NCBI GenBank assembly: GCA_002134785.1
Contig: MBQZ01000103.1
Coordinates: 26,865-90,864, forward strand
DNA from: Crenothrix sp. D3
GTDB lineage: Bacteria > Pseudomonadota > Gammaproteobacteria > Methylococcales > Methylomonadaceae
DNA: 64,000 nucleotides
Reading direction: 5' to 3'
Position numbers and translations under genes: made by a program. Under the pieces are notes generated by a model. It ran no database searches and had not been told where the DNA came from. It worked only from the letters and a program-made list of their open reading frames with translations. This document shows positions 57,842 to 64,000 of this stretch, one piece after another. Position 1 is the first letter of the stretch. Each line of letters begins with the position of its first letter.

Positions 57842-58549
57842 ATGGCACACACTATATTAATAATTGACGATGATCCCGCTGTACGCGGTGCATTTACTTT
57901 AATACTGGACGATGCGGGTTATCAAGTATGCGAAGCAGAAGACGGCTTAGAAGGCATCGCAATGGTAAGATTGCAACGACCTGATTTGATTTTTCTCGAT
58001 TTGCGTATGCCGAATATCGATGGTGTTGAAACCTTGCGGCGTTTAAAGGCAATAGATGAGAGTCTCAATATTTATATAGTCACCGCTTTTGCCGATGAAT
58101 ATATGGATCAGCTCAAAATAGCGGATGAGGAAGGACTTCATTTTCAAATAGCGGCCAAACCGCTGTCATCGGGACAAATCAAGCACATTGCCAGCTCAGT
58201 CATCACGCCACTGATTGAAATGGAAAAAATTGAGGCAGAAAAAAATCGTCACAAATTGATACTGACCTTATATATCGTTTCACTCAATGACGAATTTAAA
58301 CAGTTGATTGAACGTATCAGCACGATATTAGCGGAGACTTACGCGCCAGAAGATTGGAAATTAGACGTGATTGAGGTGTTATATATGCCAGAAAAAGCCT
58401 TGGCGAATGATGTATTTGCTACCCCCATGTTAGTTCGCGAACTACCCAAACCTGTCCTTCATGTATTGGGTGATTTATCAAAAATGCCTTCTATTATTGC
58501 CGCCATTACCGCTCAGGATAATAATGGTTCAAGTACCATTCTCATGTGA
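57842..58549 (+). CDS. Response-regulator receiver fused to a KaiB-like (thioredoxin-like fold) domain
   Basis: The receiver is 'ILIIDDDPAV...DLIFLDLRMP...AKP'. The C-terminal ~100 aa, 'LILTLYIV...LDVIEVLYMPEKALANDVFATPMLVRELPKPVLHVLGDLS', aligns to KaiB 'ILKLYVAG...[40 protein letters not shown]'. Confidence 0.8.
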   Translation: MAHTILIIDDDPAVRGAFTLILDDAGYQVCEAEDGLEGIAMVRLQRPDLIFLDLRMPNIDGVETLRRLKAIDESLNIYIVTAFADEYMDQLKIADEEGLHFQIAAKPLSSGQIKHIASSVITPLIEMEKIEAEKNRHKLILTLYIVSLNDEFKQLIERISTILAETYAPEDWKLDVIEVLYMPEKALANDVFATPMLVRELPKPVLHVLGDLSKMPSIIAAITAQDNNGSSTILM

Positions 58550-60552
58550 AGTGTGAGATACCTATTATGTCCGAAGAAATCTCTGATAACCTCCAGCTTA
58601 TACTTGATGCAATCACTGACGGTATTGTGATGGTGGACAGATTGGGCAAAGTGCTTTACAGCAATCGCAGTGCCGAACGCATTTTTGAGCGTGATAACTT
58701 AATCGGTAAAACACTAGCGATTCCTGTTAATACCAGTACAAACACACCACAAGAAATTAACCTCTTGCGTCCAAGCGGACTCGGTTGGGCAGAACTACGT
58801 TCCGCGTCTATTCAATGGCAAGGCAATGATGCTTATGTTATCGGTGTGCGAGATATTACCGAAAATAAATTGAATGACGAGCGTTTGCGCCAAGCTGCCG
58901 CCGTGTTTGACAATACGCGTGATGGCGTGATGACAGTCGATGCAGACTTACGCATAGTTCACATCAATGCAGCATTTACCGATATTACAGGTTACACGGA
59001 AGCAGAAACCCTCGGTAAACCTTCTAGCCTATTGCGCTCAGGTCGTCATGATAGAGAATTCTATGCACAAATGTGGCAGAGCATTACAATCACTGGGCAT
59101 TGGCAAGGCGAAATTTGGAATCGCCGCAAAAGCGGTGAAGTCTATCCTGAATTGCTCAGTATTAGCCGCGTAACAGACAAATCAGGCACGACTACCCATT
59201 ATGTCGGCGTATTTGCCGATATTTCCAAGCTCAAGACCTCAGAATTACAGCTTGATTTTCTAGCTCATCATGATCCACTTACCCGCTTGCCTAATCGCTT
59301 ATTACTGCTCTCACACTTAGAACACGCTATCAAAACTGCGCAACGTGAAGGCAAAATAGTCGCATTATTGATGCTTGACTTAGACCGCTTTAAAGAAGTC
59401 AACGACATTTTTGGGCATTTAGCGGGTGATCAATTGTTACAACAAGTTGCCGATCGTCTCATCGCTCGCTTACGCAGTGTTGATACCGTCTGCCGATTAG
59501 GGGGTGATGAATTTATCCTGCTATTAGAAGATATTGAACAAGCAGAAGATGCTGCCCTCGTTGCAAATGACATCATTAGTGCCTTAAGTGAACCGTGGCA
59601 ATTGTCACAAGACAGTGAAGTGAGCATTGGTGTAAGTATCGGCATCAGTCTTTATCCTGAACACGGTAATGAAGCAGAGCAGTTAATACAACAAGCCGAT
59701 ACCGCTTTATATCATGCAAAAGCCAAAGGTCGTGGTTGTTTTAAGTATTTTTGTGAAGACATCACCCACGCGGCCCGCGTGCGCATGGACATCGAAGTGC
59801 GTTTGCGGCGTGGTATCAACGAAGGCGAATTACGCGTTCATTACCAGCCACAAATCGACATCATCACTGGGCGTATTGTTGGCGCGGAGGCCTTAGTCCG
59901 TTGGCAAGACCCGCTAAATGGACTGCTATTACCAACGGTTTTTATTGAACTGGCTGAAAAAACGGGACTGATTACCAGTATTGGCAACTGGGTATTAAAA
60001 GCAGCCTGTACTCAAGGGCAACGTTGGTTGAATGCAGGCTATCCGCCATTGACTATTGCCGTCAACGTATCGCCACACCAATTTAGATACAGCCACATTG
60101 ACACAGTTGTCAATGAGGTACTCAATGAAACAGGCTTTCCCGCTTATTGCCTTGAACTGGAATTAACCGAATCTGCATTAATGCAGCGCGAAGGTGAAGC
60201 TACTTTAATTCTCGCTCGTCTGAACAAATTAGGCGTTACGCTGGCTATCGATGATTTCGGTACAGGCTACTCTTCGTTAGCTTATTTGAAACTGTTTCCT
60301 TTAAATGTGTTGAAAATTGACAAGAGTTTTATTGATAACATTCCCCATTCTCGAAGTGATATAGCAATGACTGCCACCATTATTGCTATTGCACGAACAC
60401 TTAATCTAAAAGTATTAGCCGAAGGCGTGGAAACACCCGCTCAACTGGCGTTTTTACAAGAGCAAAGCTGTGATTTATATCAAGGTTACTTAACCAGTCC
60501 ACCCGTACCTGCCGCTGAATTTGAGCAATTACTCAAAAAAATTAATGGCTGA
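58546..60552 (+). CDS. PAS-PAS-GGDEF-EAL protein (c-di-GMP turnover)
   Basis: Two PAS domains, 'RLGGDEFILL', 'EALVRW', 'DDFGTGYSSL'. The start is either GTG 58546 (overlapping the upstream stop) or ATG 58567. Confidence 0.9.
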   Translation: MKCEIPIMSEEISDNLQLILDAITDGIVMVDRLGKVLYSNRSAERIFERDNLIGKTLAIPVNTSTNTPQEINLLRPSGLGWAELRSASIQWQGNDAYVIGVRDITENKLNDERLRQAAAVFDNTRDGVMTVDADLRIVHINAAFTDITGYTEAETLGKPSSLLRSGRHDREFYAQMWQSITITGHWQGEIWNRRKSGEVYPELLSISRVTDKSGTTTHYVGVFADISKLKTSELQLDFLAHHDPLTRLPNRLLLLSHLEHAIKTAQREGKIVALLMLDLDRFKEVNDIFGHLAGDQLLQQVADRLIARLRSVDTVCRLGGDEFILLLEDIEQAEDAALVANDIISALSEPWQLSQDSEVSIGVSIGISLYPEHGNEAEQLIQQADTALYHAKAKGRGCFKYFCEDITHAARVRMDIEVRLRRGINEGELRVHYQPQIDIITGRIVGAEALVRWQDPLNGLLLPTVFIELAEKTGLITSIGNWVLKAACTQGQRWLNAGYPPLTIAVNVSPHQFRYSHIDTVVNEVLNETGFPAYCLELELTESALMQREGEATLILARLNKLGVTLAIDDFGTGYSSLAYLKLFPLNVLKIDKSFIDNIPHSRSDIAMTATIIAIARTLNLKVLAEGVETPAQLAFLQEQSCDLYQGYLTSPPVPAAEFEQLLKKING

Positions 60553-60576
60553 CTCTATCATTCTCACGCTCTGGCT

Positions 60577-60725
60577 CACTGCCATTAAGTTAAGGATTTT
60601 TCCGTTCGCCCTGAGCCTGTCGAAGGGTGAATGGAAACATCCGAAGCCCTGAAGTTAAGCCGCTCATGGTTCGACTGTTCGACAAGCTCACAGCTCACCA
60701 CGAACGGCTTAACTTAATGGCAGTG
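60577..60725. mobile_element. 149-bp MITE-like element with perfect 18-bp terminal inverted repeats and an 11-bp flanking direct repeat; an R2-family palindrome forms its core
   Basis: TIRs are cactgccattaagttaag (60577-60594) and cttaacttaatggcagtg (60708-60725). Flanking 'acgctctggct' occurs at 60566-60576 and 60726-60736. The core 60602-60707 is related to 18733-18836. Confidence 0.7.
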
Positions 60726-60941
60726 ACGCTCTGGCTTCGCGTAAGAACGTAACTATTTTACTTGTTGGTATAAAAATTTATGGATAAATATCTCAGCATG
60801 AGATATTGTGTGTCTGCGGTGGGGTGGTTTCTCTATCGCTTTAATATAATTTACATCCTATTTGGAAAATACTAATGAGCGAATTTACTATTAACTCACC
60901 TCAAAAAATCTCAATCATTGCCGAAAAAGCAAGGAGTGTTT

Positions 60942-61247
60942 ATGCACGTTATTTCCAGCAAAGCAATAAACGACTTTGTACGTCAACACCCTACAGCTAA
61001 AGCGTCACTTAATTCGTGGTTCAAAATAGTAAGCAAAACCAACTTTTCTAATTTCAATGAATTAAGGGCAATATTTCCAAGTGCAGATATTGTTAAAAAT
61101 GTTAATGGCAATAATTTAACCATTTTTAATATACACGGTAATGAGGTGCGGCTGATTGCTGGCATTCATTACAATCGTAACAAACTGTACATACGCGATA
61201 TTTTAACCCATTCTGAATACGATAAAGAAAAGTGGAAAAATAAGTAA
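60942..61247 (+). CDS. higB: Type II toxin HigB (RelE-fold mRNA interferase)
   Basis: 'MHVISSKAINDFVRQHP...FNIHGNEVRLIAGIHYNRNKLYIRDILTHSEYDK' parallels E. coli HigB. 'aaggag' precedes the ATG. Confidence 0.85.
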   Translation: MHVISSKAINDFVRQHPTAKASLNSWFKIVSKTNFSNFNELRAIFPSADIVKNVNGNNLTIFNIHGNEVRLIAGIHYNRNKLYIRDILTHSEYDKEKWKNK

Positions 61248-61360
61248 GATAGATTTATCAATGATTTGGATGTAATGCGTTACATAACGTAATTTACATT
61301 ACATCTAAATTATTTAAACAACTTACCTATAACCGCCTATTATCAGCGGAGATTATTCTA

Positions 61361-61762
61361 ATGAACAATACTGTACATGCCATTGCAAAAAACTGGCAAC
61401 CTTTAGCACCTTTGTTATCTGTTCCTTACACGGAAGAGGACTATAACAATCGTGTTGAATTATTAAATCAACTCATAGATGAAGTGGGTGAAAATGAACA
61501 GCACCCATTAGCATCATTATTGGATACCGTTGGCATACTGGTAGCTAACTATGAACAAGAACATTACGCGCTACCCGAAGCCAGTCCACAAGAAGTATTG
61601 GCTTATTTGTTAGACGAACACCAATTAACTCAAAGCCAATTACCCGAAGTGGGTAGTCAAGGCGTGGTATCAGAGATACTGCGCGGCAAACGGCAATTAA
61701 ATAAAAGACAAATACAAGCCTTAGCAAAACGCTTTAATATCTCGCCCGAAGTTTTTTTTTGA
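61361..61762 (+). CDS. higA: Type II antitoxin HigA (HTH-XRE)
   Basis: The C-terminal 'LTQSQLPEVGSQGVVSEILRGKRQLNKRQIQALAKRFNISPEVFF' parallels E. coli HigA. Confidence 0.85.
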   Translation: MNNTVHAIAKNWQPLAPLLSVPYTEEDYNNRVELLNQLIDEVGENEQHPLASLLDTVGILVANYEQEHYALPEASPQEVLAYLLDEHQLTQSQLPEVGSQGVVSEILRGKRQLNKRQIQALAKRFNISPEVFF

Positions 61763-61977
61763 TGCTATATAAATAGCGATTGCCCTCTCAAATAGTAAGA
61801 CGTTTATTCTGTGTCAAAAGATGAATAATAGGCAATATTTTTCAACGCAGGGCTAAGTTAGCTTGATTGATTAAGTGCATTTTAACTACACGAACAATCG
61901 CCAAACGGCGTAATATAATCAGCTGAATCGCTTACCCGAATAACGCTTACCTTTAACAAAACAACAAGAGGCTTCTC

Positions 61978-63009
61978 GTGACTACCCCTGCTTACAAACA
62001 TTTATTGCCCATCACATTAGTAACGCTGATGACTGGATGTGCTAGCAATCCTGTCGATTATCACGGAGATTACCCCAACAATAACATCAATCAACACGCT
62101 GTGATTGTGCAGCCGCAAAAACCAGTACAACCGCTTATTCAAGCCCCTATAGTCAATAATTATTCCGTTAATTTAGCGGGTGATTATGTGAATAATCCTG
62201 AAGTGCAAACCTTCATTCAGCACATGGTGCAAACTCACGGATTTTCACAAGATTATCTGGTTGGCTTATTTTCACAAGCGCAACGTTTGGATTTTGTAAT
62301 TCGTTTAGAAAGTCCTGAACCTTATAAAGGGCCTGTCACTAGACCAAAATTAGGCAGTTGGACAAAATACCGTAGTCAATTTTTAACCGAAGCCCATATT
62401 AATAATGGTGTCGAGTTTTGGCGTAATAACGCCGCCGCCATTGCCAAAGCCAGCGCAACTTATGGTGTTGATCCTGAATATATTGTTGGCATTATTGGCG
62501 TAGAAACATTTTTTGGTAAAAACTTCGGTAAAACCTGTATTTTTGATGCCTTAACGACCTTGGCATTTGATACCCACAGACGTGCGCCGTATTTTACCCA
62601 AGAGCTGGAAAACTTTTTATTGATGGCAAAAGAAGAAGGTTATGATCCACGGCAACCAAAAGGCTCGTGGGCAGGTGCTATGGGTTATGGGCAGTTTATG
62701 CCCAGTAGTTTTCGTAAATTAGCGGTGGATTTTGATAACAATGGTCGTCGTGATTTATGGCAACCTGCTGACGCTGTAGGCAGTGTTGCTCATTATTTTT
62801 CTGAGCATGGTTGGCAATTAAACGGCGTGGTCACTCGACCCACACAAGCCGAAGACTCACCCGATGTTATTGAATTAGGCGCGGCCACTGGCAGTGAATA
62901 CTGGCGTATTTATGATAACTTCAAAGTCATTAAGAAATACAACAGCAGTAATAAATACGCAATGGCAGTCCATCAATTAGCGCAAGCGATTAAACAGCGT
63001 TATAACTAA
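61978..63009 (+). CDS. mltB: Lytic murein transglycosylase B (lipoprotein)
   Basis: Lipobox 'LMTGC', 'IVGIIGVETFFG' and 'AGAMGYGQFMPSSF'. Confidence 0.9.
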   Translation: MTTPAYKHLLPITLVTLMTGCASNPVDYHGDYPNNNINQHAVIVQPQKPVQPLIQAPIVNNYSVNLAGDYVNNPEVQTFIQHMVQTHGFSQDYLVGLFSQAQRLDFVIRLESPEPYKGPVTRPKLGSWTKYRSQFLTEAHINNGVEFWRNNAAAIAKASATYGVDPEYIVGIIGVETFFGKNFGKTCIFDALTTLAFDTHRRAPYFTQELENFLLMAKEEGYDPRQPKGSWAGAMGYGQFMPSSFRKLAVDFDNNGRRDLWQPADAVGSVAHYFSEHGWQLNGVVTRPTQAEDSPDVIELGAATGSEYWRIYDNFKVIKKYNSSNKYAMAVHQLAQAIKQRYN

Positions 63010-63021
63010 AACAACAGGTAT

Positions 63022-63047
63022 GGAGTACAAACCTAGGTTTGTACTCC
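63022..63047. terminator. Perfect 26-nt palindrome between convergent mltB and mazF (repeat of 6801-6826)
   Basis: 'ggagtacaaacctaggtttgtactcc' is its own reverse complement. Confidence 0.5.
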
Positions 63048-63056
63048 CCCTGTATG

Positions 63057-63389
63057 CTAATCGGTAATCACCTTTATCAACATTTTCACCTTATCAATAA
63101 TTGCTGGCGAGGTGTGTTCTATAAATTCAGCGTCGCGTTCTGTGAAGTCCAATGATTTAAGTTGATGTATCAAAATCGCGCCTTTAGTCTCCAGCTCATC
63201 ATTCAAAACAACTTCTAACTTAATTCCTCTAATCGTACTGCTAATGGGCGCGACCAACGCTAACCCCGTATGTTCATTAAACAATTTTCTGGACACCACA
63301 TAAGCAGGACGGCGTTTAATGATTTCTTTACCGCTGCTAGGGTCAAAACTTAACCAAATAATATCGCCTTGTTCTGGAACATAATCCAT
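63057..63389 (-). CDS. mazF: Type II toxin, MazF/PemK family endoribonuclease
   Basis: 'GDIIWLSFDPSSGKEIIKRRPAYVVS...LALVAPISS', 110 aa. Confidence 0.85.
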   Translation of the reverse strand: MDYVPEQGDIIWLSFDPSSGKEIIKRRPAYVVSRKLFNEHTGLALVAPISSTIRGIKLEVVLNDELETKGAILIHQLKSLDFTERDAEFIEHTSPAIIDKVKMLIKVITD

Positions 63390-63643
63390 TAAATTTCCTT
63401 ACCGACAGCGGGCTCGTTTAACCAATCTTGGTCTTCTTCATTCAGTTTTAACGCTTGTTTAGGACTACCCGCTAACAGCTCGGCTAAACTGGGTTCTTGA
63501 CTGACAGGCGTTAAAATAATTTTATTATCTTCTAACGTAAGTTCTAAAGCTGAACCAACATGAAGATTAAGTGTGTTAAGTATCATTTTTGGCAAACTAA
63601 TAATATTTGCCCCGCCAGATTGCCTAATAGCTACTTGAGTCAT
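63389..63643 (-). CDS. mazE: Type II antitoxin, MazE/AbrB (SpoVT) family
   Basis: 'VAIRQSGGANIISLPKMILNTLNLHVGSALELTLEDNKIILTPV'. Its stop abuts the mazF start. Confidence 0.8.
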   Translation of the reverse strand: MTQVAIRQSGGANIISLPKMILNTLNLHVGSALELTLEDNKIILTPVSQEPSLAELLAGSPKQALKLNEEDQDWLNEPAVGKEI

Positions 63644-63758
63644 GGTCGCCTCTTGGTTGATTTAAGTTTTACTATTGTATAACTTTAAGTTGGCAATAGG
63701 GTTAAATTTTAGGTTTTTTTGGGCTGGCTGTCGCCTGCTCAACAACCTACACGGCTAC

Positions 63759-64000
63759 CTATTTAAGAAACATATCAAGGTATGAAGTATTGCTAAACTG
63801 GTTAGGTATATAATAACTGCTGTTCATTAGCCATGATTTATTTTCTATATTGAGAGTATGTGTAATAGGTTGAAATTGAGAAACTAATTGGTGCCAGCGA
63901 GTATAAAAATTCGTTATAGATGAGTGCCATTGTGTTGAGATATTAACCATTTTATTGAGAATATTTTGTTGATATTCGATTCTTTCTTCTTCAGATAAGC
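63759..64000 (-). CDS. Hypothetical protein, 5' part off the right window edge
   Basis: The reading frame is open from the window end to the stop at 63759. There is no recognisable motif and it is AT-rich. Confidence 0.25.
   Translation of the reverse strand, partial: LSEEERIEYQQNILNKMVNISTQWHSSITNFYTRWHQLVSQFQPITHTLNIENKSWLMNSSYYIPNQFSNTSYLDMFLK

Overview
The window is a chromosomal segment of a Gram-negative, gammaproteobacterium-like genome, judged from gene content and order. The backbone is mostly housekeeping: hslR-ispH, speA, kdsD-kdsC-lptC-lptA-lptB-rpoN-hpf-rapZ, alr-dnaB, mtaB, pip, clpS-clpA, infA, queA, tRNA-Leu(CAA), waaF, a gldAFG-like ABC system, hflD, glnS and mltB. It also carries many signalling genes: a hybrid histidine kinase, a BaeSR-like pair, two PAS-GGDEF-EAL proteins and a 1706-aa kinase-like/AAA/TPR/GAF/histidine-kinase protein. 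Two type II toxin-antitoxin pairs (higBA, mazEF) and several families of palindromic MITE/REP-like intergenic repeats are present.

Main hunt results:
1. A ~4.4 kb insertion sits in the 3' end of speA, bracketed by a 115-bp direct duplication of the speA terminus. It carries a minus-strand operon: a cyanophycin-synthetase-like ATP-grasp enzyme lacking the Mur-ligase domain, a 74-aa peptide with three tandem 12-aa repeats (3 x 36 bp), an HExxH-motif protein and a possibly NTF2-like protein. I consider this the best candidate for an undescribed peptide-modification (RiPP-like) system.
2. Immediately upstream is a second uncharacterised locus. It has translationally coupled PqqD-like, ATP-grasp and PLP-decarboxylase genes, followed by a urea-transporter-like/M23-peptidase fusion, an outer-membrane barrel and a TPR protein.
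3. dnaB carries a 143-aa mini-intein in the Walker A loop.
4. Four consensus DnaA boxes cluster within ~205 bp around an AT-rich stretch upstream of the giant kinase gene.
5. A receiver-KaiB-like fusion protein lies between the giant kinase and a GGDEF-EAL protein.

All calls come from reading the supplied translations and the DNA by eye. No database search or statistics were run.
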